Shown here: one piece after another, positions 12,440 to 24,713 of the stretch
Layout: each line of letters opens with the position of its first letter
Position numbering within the stretch: the first letter of the stretch is position 1
DNA from: Carcharhinus amblyrhynchos
Lineage: Eukaryota
Assembly (NCBI GenBank): GCA_965287045.1
Contig: OZ336879.1
Location: 89,528,001-89,592,000, forward strand
Length of the DNA stretch: 64,000 bases
Reading direction: 5' to 3'
Translations under genes and position numbers: made by a program
The notes under the pieces: generated by a model
Databases searched by the model: none
Told to the model about the DNA's origin: nothing
What the model saw: only the letters and a program-made list of their open reading frames with translations

Positions 12440-12710
12440 AGGCACCAGGGACCTGGGTTCGATTCCCGGTTTGGGTCACTGTCTGTGCGGAGTCTGCATG
12501 TTCTCCCCGTGTCTGCGTGGGTTTCCTCCAGGTGCTCTGGTTTCCTCCCACAGTCCGAAAGACGTGCTGGTTAGGTGCGGTGCTAAATTCTCCCTCAGTG
12601 AATCCGAACAGGCGCCGGAGTGTGGCAACTAGGAGATTTTCACAGTAACCTCATTGCCGTGTTAATGTAAGCCTACTTGTGACAATAATAAATAAACTTT
12701 TAAACTTTAA
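12440..12710 (+). mobile_element. V-SINE, tail B (5'-truncated)
   Basis: V core plus ttttcacagta...cctacttgtgacaataataaataaactttt. Confidence 0.85.
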
Positions 12711-13663
12711 AATCCAGGGTGCAGGGGTGAGGGACAGTGTTACGTCCAATGGACAATCTGTGCCTTTCCACCCACCCCTGCCCTTACCACAGTTGTACCA
12801 GTGATGGGGGTGACATTAGATGGTCAACCCACCAGAGTGCCATTTGAGGCCTTTAAGTGGGCAATTGATGCATTAAAAATGCGAGAGTATAAATATTTTA
12901 ATCAGCACTCGGCCTGGCAATGGAACTTTGAGGTAAGTTAGAAGCTCAGCTGGTTACCTCGGTGTTTTATTTTCAGTAGCTTGCTTTGAAATGTAAAACG
13001 GTGATGAGTTTCCACACTTGAAACAAAATGAAAAGCACGTTGGCATCATGGGGTATGACTTCAAGTAACATAATCGCACACCCTTGCTTTGTAAGTATTC
13101 CCCGAGGGAATCTTCCATTCCCCATCACTTTCCAGTGTTACATTGCTTTTAAATCCAATTGCTCGCTCTGATCATTCGAGAATTGTCATGACAATGGCAA
13201 TAAATGCTTTCCCAAGTTCTCCTCTTCGTTTGTATGACGGAATGAAAAAGCAATCTGGTAGTGCTTTTCAATGTGATTTGCATCAATGCATTGCACATTT
13301 GGAAGCCAGCGACAAACGCTAATAGCACATTTGCATGAAGACAAGCCACACTGCCAGGTATGATTACAATATAATTGGTATGTTCCCTACGTATACAGGT
13401 TTCCTACAGTCTGGCATCACACTGTGCCAGTGTCACCACTTAATAACTTCTTTAGGCAGAGCAGAAAAATAATTGTTTTGCATGTTCTAGATGCCAATGT
13501 ACATTCGATTGCAGTTTTGCAGGTATTTCCTTCTCATCCCGTCCAAAGGCACTGTGCCCTTGATTCTCTTCCAGTGGCAAAATCCCTTAACTGTTAAATC
13601 CTGTTAACCAACAGCAAGCACTTTGGGTTTTTTCAAAATATTTTATGTCTTTTTTATAGCCGT

Positions 13664-13736
13664 GCCTTCTTAGCGCAGCAGGCAGCGCGTCAGTCTCACC
13701 ATCTGAAGGTCCTGAGTTCAATCCTCAGAGAGGACA
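13664..13736 (+). tRNA. Elongator tRNA-Met-type body with altered anticodon loop (CAC); variant or pseudo-tRNA
   Basis: GCCTTCTTAGCGCAGCAGGCAGCGCGTCAGT-CTCACCA-TCTGAAGGTCCTGAGTTCAATCCTCAGAGAGGACA, 73 nt. D-stem GCGC/GCGC, T-arm CTGAG-TTCAATC-CTCAG, T31:T39 as in eukaryotic elongator tRNA-Met. Acceptor mismatch C2:A71; T6 terminator at 13743-13748. Confidence 0.85.
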
Positions 13737-13749
13737 GGATTCTTTTTTG

Positions 13750-14282
13750 GGGTGACACAGTGGTTAGCACCTCTGCCTCACAGCGCTGGGTCAATTTCTG
13801 GCTTGAGTCACTGTCTGTCTGCAGTTTGCACATTCTCCCCATGTCTGTATGGGTTTCCACCAGGTGTTCCAGTTTCCTCCCACAGTCCAAAGGTGTGCAG
13901 GTTAGAACCAAAGAGGTTTACAGCATGGAAACAGGCCCTTCGGCCCGACTTGTCCATGCCGCCCTTTTTTAAAAACCCCTAAGCTAGTCCTAATTGCCTG
14001 CATTTGGCCAATATCCTCTATACCCATCTTACCCATGTAACTGTCTAAATGCTTTTCAAAAGACAAAATTGTACCTACCTCTATTACTACCTCTGGCAGC
14101 TCGTTCCAGACATTCACCAGCCTCTAGGTTACGTGAATTGGTCATGCTAAATTCTCGCTCAATGTACCTGGACTGGCACTGGAATGTGGTGACGAGGGGA
14201 TTTCCCCAGTAACTTAGTTGTAGCGTTAATGTAAGCCTACTTGTGACTAATAAATAAACGTTACTTTTTTTAACTTTAAAAC
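13750..14282 (+). mobile_element. V-SINE tail B, interrupted by an antisense CR1 3' end (about 13905-14122)
   Basis: SINE breaks at caggtta and resumes at ggttacgtgaattggtcatgctaaattctc. Confidence 0.75.
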
Positions 14283-14285
14283 TAG

Positions 14286-14806
14286 GGTGGCATGGTGACA
14301 CAGTGGTTAGCATTGCTGTCTCACAGCACCAGGGACCCTTGCTCAATTCTGGCATCAGGTGACTGCCTGTATGGAGTCTGCACATTTTCCCCGTGTTCTC
14401 CTGGGTTTCCTCTGGGTGCTCCAGTTCCCTCCCACAGTCCAAAGATGTGCAGGTTAGGTGGATTTGGCCATGCTAAATTGCCCCTTAATGTCCCAAGATG
14501 TGCAGGTTACGTGGATTAGCCATGCTAAATTGCCCTTTAATGTCCCACGAAGTGCAGATTAAGTGGATTAGCCATGCTAAATTGCCCTTTAATGTCCCAT
14601 GATGTGCAGGTTAGGTGGATTTGGCCATGCTAAATTGCCCTTAAATATCACAAGATGTGTAGGTTAGGTGGATTAGCCATGGGAAATGTATGGGGTTATG
14701 GGGATAGAGGGGGGGAGAGGGCCTGGGTAAGGTGCACTGTCAGAGAGAGTCGATGCAGACTCAATGTCTTGAATGGCCTCCTTCTGCACTGTAGGGATTC
14801 TGTGAA
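14286..14806 (+). mobile_element. V-SINE tail A with an internal tandem expansion of a ~53-bp unit
   Basis: Unit aagatgtgcaggttaggtggattggccatgctaaattgccccttaatgtccc repeated about 4.5 times (14442-14680). Confidence 0.85.
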
Positions 14807-15112
14807 CTCCAGAGCATTTATTTATAACATGAGATCGATGTTATAAAATTGAGTTGGAAATGAAGAAACTCCAAACCTAAAGAGAGTTTAAATACTTGAT
14901 TAAGAGCAATCACTCTGGCCCTCATACATGTTACACAGTAACTATTGTAAAAGGTGGTCCCTGCCCAGGTTGGAAACTGACCCAGCCCTCTCACTGGAAG
15001 GAATGCGGTCAATCTGGGTTCACGCCACAAGATGGCAAACTGTCCTACCCTTCACTCTTCTCTGGGAAAAGACAGATCTCCTAACATTTAACCCAGTCTA
15101 ATGTGGGATTTA

Positions 15113-15410
15113 CAGAATCCCAACAGTGCAGAAGGAGGGCATTCAGCCCATCAAGTCTGCAATGACCACAATCCCACACAGATCCTATCCCCATAACCCC
15201 ACATTTTACCCTGCAAATCCCCCTGACAGTTGGGTCAATTTAGCCAATCAACCTAATCCACACATCGTTGGACTGTGGGAGGAAACCGGAGCACCTGGAG
15301 GGAACCCAGGCAGGCTCAGGGAGAGTGCAAATTCCACACGGTTACCCAAGGTTGGAATTGAACACGGGTCCCTGGTGGTGTGAGGCAGCTGTACTAACCA
15401 CTATGACGCC
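15113..15410 (-). mobile_element. V-SINE, tail A
   Basis: Reverse-complement match to the other copies. Confidence 0.8.
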
Positions 15411-15750
15411 CGGGATTGTGACTGTTCATCCTCCCTAACCTATTGAGTTGAAACAAACCCTCTGCACAACCACTATCTAGTCCCAGTATCGCCTTATACA
15501 TGGCAGTCAAATCACCTTTGGTTTCTGCTTTTCTGATATACAGAACACCAGCGCATTGAACCTATCTTGGTAACTATGGCAGACAGACCATATAGACTAT
15601 ATCAGATTTCCTAACCCTCTTTTTTTTGCATGGTCTTCTTAAGTTATATCCTATTGTTAATGTTAGCAGAATCTTAATTTTATTCTGTATCATTTTGTCC
15701 GTTTTTATTTGCCATCTTTGACTGAACCTTTTCCTAATTCCATCCCACAG

Positions 15751-15819
15751 TACTCAGACCCTTACAAGAATCATAGCTCCCTGACTTTAGGTGGGACAGG
15801 CAGCGAAGAAGAAGAGCAG
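15751..15819 (+). CDS. CRACDL: CRACDL small coding exon C: YSDPYKNHSSLTLGGTGSEEEEQ
   Basis: Acceptor ttccatcccacag|TAC, donor CAG|gtaata; 69 nt, phase 0-0. Resembles the SSLSLAGTGSEEEEQ segment I recall from non-mammalian orthologues. Confidence 0.8.
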
Positions 15820-18388
15820 GTAATAACTCACAACTCCCAATTTTGGGAGGTCCCTCAAAAGCCAACGTAGCTGCAGGCATACCTCTCACCCATCCCTTAT
15901 TAATCAGGCGACCTCCCCCTCCCCAGATGTAAGACAGTATTCGCTTCAGAGAGCTGCGTGCAAGACTCCTCAAGCAGGTAAAATTGGCTTGGTTATTGGT
16001 ACCGCAAGACTGCTTGTATATCCTAAGCACGCCCAAATTCTGCCCTTTTGCATCAGTAGCTGCAAACTGAGAGGTATGGTTGCGAGAGTTAACTTTGAAT
16101 ATGGTATAAGGTAACTCACCATTTCAGTAACAGAGATTTGACCTGATTTGATTTATTATTGTTACATGCACTGGGACACAGTGAAAACTATTGTTTCTTG
16201 TGCGCTACGCAGATAAAACATACCGTTCATAAGAGTGCATAGGGGAGAAGGAAAGGAGAGGGTGTGGAATATAGTGTTCCAGTCATAGCTAGTGTGGAGA
16301 AGGATGAGCTTAATATAAAGTAGGTCCATCAAAAGTCTGTTGGCAGCAGGGAAGAAGCTGTTCTTGAGTCGGTTGGTAACCTCACACATTTGGGGAAGTT
16401 GGGAGGTTAGGTTGTTAATGAAAGGAAACTGTAGGAAAGTAGAAACTGGCTGAACAAACAAAGAATAAAGAACAGTACAGCACAAAAACAGGCCCTTTGG
16501 CCCACCAAGCCTGCACCGATCTCGTTGTTTCATCCACCTGTATCCCTCTATTCCCCGTCTGTTCATGTGTCTATCGAGATAAGTCTTAAATGTCGCTAAC
16601 ATATCTGCCTCAACCACCTCACTTGGCAGTCCTTTCCAGGCTCCCTTCTGTGTAAAAAAACTTCCTCCACACATCTGCACTGAACCTTTCCACCCTTACC
16701 TTGAACTTGCACCTCCTTGTAGTTGTCATTTCTGCCCTGGGAAAAATCTTCCAACTATTCAACCTATTTATGCCCCTCATAGTTTTATAAACTTCTATCA
16801 GGTCACCTCTCAGCCTCCAATATTGTGTTTGCCTTGAATATACCTTGTGACACCTAAAGGATATTAAAAAGTAAGGATGGTCAATTTAATTTTCTTTTTA
16901 ACCACAATCCTACCTTTTGAGATCCATGCAGGCTATTTCTAATTGTTCTATTTTTGATTATGTGGTCATTTCACTCTTAATTACAGGTTCTAAAATGTTC
17001 CCTATCACTGGGAATGAGCTAAGCGGCCTGTGTACCCATTTAGCCTATTTTCCATTGTAAAAATAAGTACTTCTTTTGCCACCTTACAGCCCTACATCAT
17101 ACAACAGAGCCCTGAAATACAGAGCTACTCCTCCAGGCCACTCAAGAAAAGGTTAGGCCACTCCTTCCCTGGATCCAGTCACTCTTTACTGGGAGACTGT
17201 TCTTTCCCCACACCTAGCTTTAATGTTAACAGGCAGTCCTAAGGCACACAGTTTTCACATGGGTGGCATACTTTCCCCCAGCCATGAACCAGTAGCATTG
17301 GCAAAAAGACTCAGCCATTAAACTGGTGACGATCTCATGTTGCTGTGTGCAGTAAGCTGACTCCCATGGTTACCCACAGGGAATTATCCCAAGAGCTTTG
17401 AGTAATTTCCTTCTTCTGTGACAGAATAGAGGAAGGCCAGGATTTTCCAGTCCCGCCGCCCAAAGTTGATGGATTTAATTTTCTTTAACTTAATTTAACT
17501 CTGAATTTTCCATCCTGGTCACATCAAATTACTCCATGGATGGTACCAGTAAGTCCCTGCCTAACTCATTACAGGCATTTTGTTTCAACAACTGTGCATA
17601 TCATCTCTCTGCTCCTCTGTATTCAAATGTTGTTTTCACTTTTCTACTCGTCTAATCCCCTTTTTGGGTTGCATCTTAAATTGTCTCACATTGTGACCAT
17701 TATCTCAAAATTCTATTCCATAACTCATAACCCAATTTTGCAACCTTGTGAATCTACCAACATACTTTCACAGAATTGTTACAGCTAAAAGGAGGCCATT
17801 CAGCCCATCATGTCTGCACCAGCTTTCCAAACGAGCATCATGAGTTAGTGCCACTCCCCTGCACATTGTTTCTATTCAAGCCATCATCTAATGGCCTCTT
17901 GAATGCCTGGATTGAACCTACCTCCATCACACTTCAGACAGTGCATTCCGGACCCCGAACCACATGGAAAAGAGGCTAAATGAGTACAAGCTGCTTGCTA
18001 ACGGCAGGGAGAATTTTAGAAATGCTTTGAAATTTCTGCAAGTGGTTTTTCTCACATCACATTTGCTTCTTTTGCAACTCACTTAAAATCTGCGCCCTCT
18101 CCTTTTTGATCTGCCTACAAGGGGGATCAGTTTCTCCCTATCTACTGTTTTCAACCCCCTCGTGATTTTAAACATCTCTGTCTAATCTCCTCTCAGCCTC
18201 CTCTTCTCCAAGAACAACAATCCCAATCTCTCCAAACTATCCAACATTACACAGGAGACCTGATAACATTTTATTATTTCCTTTTACTTTGTCTCCCAAT
18301 CAATGGCTAGATGAATAACATTTCCTAGAACAAACATCTTGTTAGTTCTGCTCATCCTCTCTCTAATCTCTGTGATCTCTCTGATCAG

Positions 18389-18727
18389 GCAGCATGGTAG
18401 TACAGTGGTTAGCACTGCTGCTTCACAGCTCCAGGAACCTGGGTTCGATTCCCAGGTTGGGTCACTGTCTTTGTGGAGTTTGCACATTCTCCTCATGTCT
18501 GCGAGGGTTTCCTCCGGGTGCTCCGGTTTCCTCCCACAATCCAAAGATGTGCGGGTTAGGTTGATTGGCCACGCTAAAATTGCCCCTTAATTTCCTGAGA
18601 TGAGTAGGTTAGAGGGATTTGCGGGTAAATGTGTAGGGATATGGGGGTAGGGCCTGGGTGGGATTGTGTTCAGTGCGGACTCAATGGGCCAGATGACCTC
18701 TTTCTGCACTGTAGAGTTTCTATGATC
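18389..18727 (+). mobile_element. V-SINE, tail A, full length
   Basis: Head, core and tail all present. Confidence 0.85.
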
Positions 18728-20149
18728 TGAGTGCAGAACTTATCTTCCGCTTCCTTCCCATAATCGGAGGCCTAAGATATGTTATTGCCAATATGGCGAG
18801 GGCTTTGTTTGACTGTCTGTGCACTCTTTTCTTGTCTCCAATCTACTTTATCTTTTCTAACCTTCTTAACTATATAATACCTTAACATTTTGATTGCTTC
18901 CAAAGAATAGATGAAGGAATACATAACTGTGTATCATAATTACCGGCAAAGACAGAACACAAAACCTTTCACGAGACTTTGAAAAGCTTTTGTTAGTTAG
19001 TGATGACCTTGTAATGAGATGTTCTGAATGTATTCATTGAGCCGCTCTCTATCTCAATAGATTACATTACAAGTTTGAGCAATGCTAGATTTTGCCATCA
19101 ACTCCCTTGTCAGTAAGATCATTGTGTTCCCTTACCTTTGTACGTATTCATTCACCGAGTTCCCACCGAAACACCAGTGATTCATTCAGACTGTGGCCTT
19201 GGAACGGGATCAGCTTGTAAACTGAGAGCCAGTAGCGTTCCCTGACTGACAGCTTGATATGCAAAGCAGTGGCAGAATCTCTGCATGCATGATATTCCCG
19301 TTTATGTAGCTAATGACTCTCGGTGTGATTTATTAACTGAAGTGACACACAAAATGTGCTGGACAGGGAAAGAGCCCTGATCCATTCGATCTGCCCAATG
19401 TAACATCCCTTTGCCATCGCAATATATACACGGGGGAGGAGTGGTATAGTTGTATTATCGCTGTAGTAGTAATCTAGAGACCTGGGGTAATGCTCTGGGG
19501 ACCCAGATTCAAATCCTACCATGGCAGATGAATCTGGATTAAAAGTCTAACAATGACCACAAAACCATTGTTGATTGTCGGAAAAACCCATCTGGTTCAC
19601 TAATGTCCTTTTAGGGAAGGAAATCTGCCAGCCTTACTTGGTCTGGCCTACATGTGACTCCAGAGCCACAGCGATGTGGTTGACTCTCAACTGCTCTCTG
19701 AGATGGCCTAGAAAGTCACTTAGTTCAACAGCAACCAGGAATGGGCAACTAGGACAAGCCCACATCCCATGAATGCATAAAAAAAACTACCCACCCTATT
19801 GGAAAAGCCAAGAAAAATTGACAACCAGTTGGAGGACAGAAGTTGTTAGGGGTTGGAGGGGCCAGGGGAATAAGAGGTGTAAAAGCTGTGCTTACCTGTC
19901 AGTTACCAACTTCTGAATAGTGGCTAAAGGATCAATTCTAGTTGAGCCAAGTCTATTTTTACTGCCAAATTCAACTCGGGAGAACAGGAGGGAGAGCTCA
20001 ATATCCGTGTGTTTGAATGCAGTGCAAATCCACTGCCATGTAGACTTAAAACATTGGAATAATTTTTCCATGAATTCACAGTAACCAGACCCTCCAAGGG
20101 ACCATCATTTAAACCCAGATTTTGGTACCACCTTGTACATATTGTGGTG

Positions 20150-20625
20150 AAGTGGCACAGTGGTTAGCAGAGCTGTCTCACAGCACCAGAGACCTGGGTT
20201 CAATTCCCGGCCTGGGTCACTGTCTGTGTGGAGTTTGCACGTTCTTCCCCGTGTCTGTGTGGGTTTCCTCCGGGTGCTCCGGTTTCCTGCCACAGTCCAA
20301 GGATGTGTGGGTTAGGTGGCTTGGCTGGGGCCTGGGTGGGATTGTGGTTGGCGCAGACTCAATGGGCTGAATGGCCTTCTTCTGCACTGTAGGATTCTAC
20401 GGATTCTGTGTGACAAACTCAGATTCGAGCTTGACCCTAGATTTGCACTGTTTCCTCCCCATTGTCTGAAAGATTTGCTGATTAGATGCATTGGCCATGT
20501 TAAATTCTCCCTCAGTGTAACCGAGCAGGTGCCAGAGAGTGGTGGCTAGGGGATTTTCACAGTGACTTAATTGCAATATTAATGCAAACCTACTCGTGAC
20601 ACTAATAAATAGACTGAAACTTAAA
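20150..20625 (+). mobile_element. V-SINE tail A (20150-20410) followed by a partial V-SINE tail B (about 20440-20625)
   Basis: The two tail types lie in tandem. Confidence 0.75.
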
Positions 20626-21024
20626 CCTGTAAAGCGTCAAAATTAGCCACACAAGAGGTGTCTAAGAGGTATTGTAAAGACCATAAAAATTAAAAGTGGC
20701 AGACAGTCTCCACACAAGGTTTGTCTATCTGTGTTGCCTTTCAAATGAGTTCCTTTTCACAAATGTACTTTAGTAAATTTACCCTAATATATTGGCAATA
20801 GGAACAAGTATTACAAATATGAAGCAAAATAAAATCAGTCATCAAATGTTACACTACTGTAATGAATATAAGCTAACATTTTATACATTGCTAATACAGT
20901 CAACTGAATCAGTGCTCTCTGAATCAACCAGCCCGTCAAAACTGGCAACTCAGATTCGCATAGTTATGTGATTTCAGTAATAATTTAGAATTAGCACTGA
21001 TTACTCAGTCAGAATATATTTACA

Positions 21025-21290
21025 GTAAGAAGTCTCACAACACCAGGTTAAAGTCCAACAGGCATACTTGGAACCAAGAGCTTTCAGAGCGCTACTCCTT
21101 AATCAGGTAGAGTAGAGAGATAGATCTCACAAACATGGTTGCCATGTTTGTGAAACCTACCTTTCCACTCACCTAATGAAGGGTCAGTGCTCTGAAAGCC
21201 CATGATTTCAAATTAAACCTGTTGGACTTTAACCTGGTGTTGTGAGACTTCTTACCTGCCCACCCCAGTCCAATACCTGCATCTCCACCT
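21025..21290. mobile_element. Penelope-like terminal fold-back (inverted pLTR), copy 1
   Basis: Inverted repeat 21025-21255 centred near 21140 (tcacaaacatgg-ttg-ccatgtttgtga); each arm has a degenerate hammerhead box and aaacctgttggactttaacctggtgttgtgagacttcttac. Confidence 0.75.
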
Positions 21291-21649
21291 CAAAATGTAT
21301 TTAAATATTTATTTTAATAAAATGTACTTTGCATAATCCAAATATTTGAAATTTCTGACAGAATTTCACCTGTGAGAAAATTGGAAGTGGTGTTTTTGGA
21401 TATGAGAGGGTTTAATTGTAGATAGCCTGGTATGTACTTTACACGCACCAAATCCCCATGAACAACAACAGACTTGGTAAGCTAGTTAATGGTTTATTGG
21501 TTACTAGGGGAACATTGACCTGGAGAACTCCCTGTTCCTTAAACCATGCATGGAATCTATTTAGTATCTACGTGAATAAGTGGGTGGCTAGGTTAGGCCT
21601 TGGTTTAAGACTCTTATTGCATTTCCTACACTGTGTTTCTCACAATATA

Positions 21650-23720
21650 ACAACAACTTGCATTTATATAGCATCTTTATTGTAATAAAACCTCCCAAGA
21701 TTCTTCGCATTGACACCAAGCCATGTGAGATATTAGGGCAGACAACCAAAAACTTGGTCAAGTAGGTAAGATTTAGGAGCGTCTTAAGTGAGGATAAAAA
21801 GATAAGACCCGATTTCAAGTCTGTGTAAGTGGATGGGTAATGAGTAAGTTAAAATCTCACCCTTAAAGAGAAGGTATGGTCACCAATGGCAGCAATTAAA
21901 ATCTGAAGTGTTGAAGAAAGATCCAGAATTAGAGGAGCGCATATTTCTGAGGGGGGTTTAGGGCTGGGGGAGTTTACAGAGATAGGGAGGGGTGGGACCA
22001 TGGCGGGATTTGAAAACAAGTGTTAGAATTTTAAAATCGAGGTGTTGCCTAAGCGGTTCTCCAGGATTGGCGATGGCTTGCTTCCATTCCAGTTCAGTGG
22101 CTTCTGAGATAGCATTAAGTCCAGAACACAATCTTCATATGAGCATATGAATTAGGGGCAGGAATAGGCTGCTCGAGCCTGGTCATAACTAATCTGATGG
22201 TAATATCCTGCCCACCCCCAATAACCTTTCATCCCCTTGTTTATCAAGAATCTATCTACCACTGCCTTAAAACTATTCAAAAACTTTGGGCGGGATTTTA
22301 CAGCATCGCCCGTCCCCAAACCGTAAAATTCTGCCCGGAGTCAAGAGACCTTTCCATGTTCCATCCTCCTCCAACTTGGATTCACATGGCGGCAGGATGG
22401 TAAAGTTCCTCTGCTTCCACTGCCTGTTGAGGAAGAGAGTTCTCTCCTCCTCACCTCTGATTAAATGGGTAATCCTTTATATTTAGACTCCGCTATATGC
22501 AGGCCAGGTGGTGCTTGGAGGGTCAGATAGCTGAGTTACGTAGAAGCATAGGAAATAAAAGCAGGAGTAGGCCATTTGTCCCTTCAAGCCTGCTCCACCA
22601 TTCATTTTGATCACGGCCGATCATCAAATTCAATATCCTGATCCCGCCTTCTCCCCAGTTGTTTGGAGATTTGTCCGTTACCTCTGATGCCCCAACTTTG
22701 TCCCTCCACGTTGCTGAAGAAGCCTCTCAACGTGGTCAGTCCCATCCCAAATCAACCTCTTCCATTCTGGTCAGTCACAAGCCAGTCTCTCCCACAAGTT
22801 GGCGGGGCTGTTTGACCTCTTGGGGGGATGCTCTGAGGACATCCATAAGGTGTTCCCGCTGTCTTCCTGGGAGTCTACTGCTGAAACTGAGTTTTGAGTA
22901 GAACAGTTGTTCCAGGAGTCTTGTGTCAGGCATATCAACCACATGTAATGCCCAGTGGAGCTGGTTTTAAGTTGATTAGCACCTCAATGCTTGGCAAGTT
23001 GGCATGGGGGAGGGCATTACTATTGGACCCATTAGGTTCTGCTACTGGATTTGGAGGATTTTGTAAAGGCACCATGGGCAGTACTTCCACTGGCTGTAGA
23101 TTGCCCAAGTCACAAACACACACAGGAGTGCAGGGATCACTGCTGCCTGGTGAACTTGATGTGCAGATGCTGGTGTTGGACTGGAGCGGGCACAGTAAGA
23201 TGTCACATAACACCAAGTTAAAGTCCAACAGGTTTATTTGGAATCATGAGCTTTTGGAGCTCTCCTCCTTCATCAGGTAATCACCTTCATCACTTAATGA
23301 AGGCACAGTGCTCCGAAAGCTCATGATTCCAAATAAACCTGTTGGACTTTAACCTGGTGTTGTGAAACTTCCTACTGTGCCCATTAAACTAGAAGCAAAG
23401 TAATGGGTGACTTGGTGTGAATTAGGACACTAACAGCAGAATTTTTGGATGACTTTGTCACAGAGGATAGAACGGAGGAGGCAAGCCAGGAATGTGTGCC
23501 TTTTTACTGTGCCCACCCCAGTCCAACACCAGCATCTACACATCAGGAATGTGTTGGAACAGAGAAGGAACAAAAACACAGATGAGGTTTTCAGCAGCAG
23601 ACAGGATGATGTAGGCGTGGAGTTGGCAATGTTACAAAGCTGGAAGTAGGCGGTCACAGTGATGGCCATGGAGATGCGGTCAGGAGCGCATCTCAAGGTC
23701 AGAACAGTCAAATAATTACC
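21650..23720 (-). mobile_element. Old L2-like LINE 3' region (21650-22050 and 23395-23720) broken by CR1, MITE and Penelope insertions
   Basis: Starts aacaacttgcatttatatagc, the reverse complement of the gctatataaatgcaagtt tail, with a purine-rich antisense body. Confidence 0.5.
23159..23382. mobile_element. Penelope-like terminal fold-back, copy 2 (extra terminal fragment at about 23505-23543)
   Basis: Arms of about 94 bp (23188-23281 and 23289-23382); same family as 21025-21290. Confidence 0.75.
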
Positions 23721-24461
23721 AAGGAGTGGGGTGGAGGTTGTTTTTATTGTGGGATGTGGGCACCTCTGGCTAGGTCAGCATTTATTACCCATCCCTAATT
23801 GCCCTTGAACTGAGTGACTTGCTGAGTGGGCATTTCAGAGGTCATTTGAGAATCAACCACATTGTTGCAGACCTGGAATCACATGTAGGCCAGATCCTGT
23901 AGGGCGTTAGTGAACCAGATGGGTTTTTTTGACAATCGACAATTGTTTAATAATTATTATTCAATTATTGAATTTGTTTATCATCATCTGCCATGGTAAG
24001 ATGTGAACCTGGGTCTCTGGGATTACTAGTCCAGTGACAATACCCTACACCATTGCCTCCCCTAGTTGGTGGCTAGAGATTGGAGTTTAGAGTCATTCAA
24101 CTGTGACTTCCCATCAAAAGCACATAGAAAACTCCTTAGGGTATTTGGGGATTGTAACAGTCGCTATATAAATGCAAGTTCTTTATTTCCTGTCTTTCTA
24201 AAGGATGTCAACAATATAGTACTCCTGCTCCGCTGCCCTGGAATGTCAGGATAGATCAAGTCCCCATGTTAGAATCAAAATATTTTTTTCTGGATTGCTG
24301 AGATCAATATCCACAAACCATCACCAATATAGCTGAGAGTTGCTGCTGGCTATTTCTTTGACTGGAATATTCAAAGCTAAAAACAAACATTTCCTTTGAT
24401 ACCTGGCTGTCGGGAGTTTGTATTTGACGTGCAGTTTACATGTGGACTCACTCTTCCACAG

Positions 24462-24713
24462 ATTTCGCCAGGATCTTCCTCTAGACCCAGCAGTCCCCTT
24501 CCTACAATCATTCCAACAAGGTCAAGCTCGAGATCCTGGAGTCCGACATCACCACCAGCTCAGATCTCTTCCTCTGACAGCTTTGCTTCCCCTGCTGTTG
24601 ATTTTAACACTCCGCCTACGTTTTCCATTTGTCTCGACAATTCGGCTGCGAGACACAAGCTCTCAGTCAAACCGCGCAACCAACGCTCTTCCTCCAGGAG
24701 ACGACCTTCCACG
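24462..24713 (+). CDS. CRACDL: CRACDL coding exon D: ISPGSSSRPSSP...AVDFNTPPTFSICLDNSAARHKLSVKPRNQRSSSRRRPST (DUF4592-type conserved block)
   Basis: Acceptor ctcttccacag|ATT, donor ACG|gtgagc; 252 nt, phase 0-0; contains the family signature LDNSAARHKLSVKP.NQR. Confidence 0.94.

Noticed and set aside
14442-14680. Regular repeats resembling a CRISPR array
   Set aside because: Head-to-tail units without unique spacers, inside a SINE, in vertebrate DNA with no cas genes.
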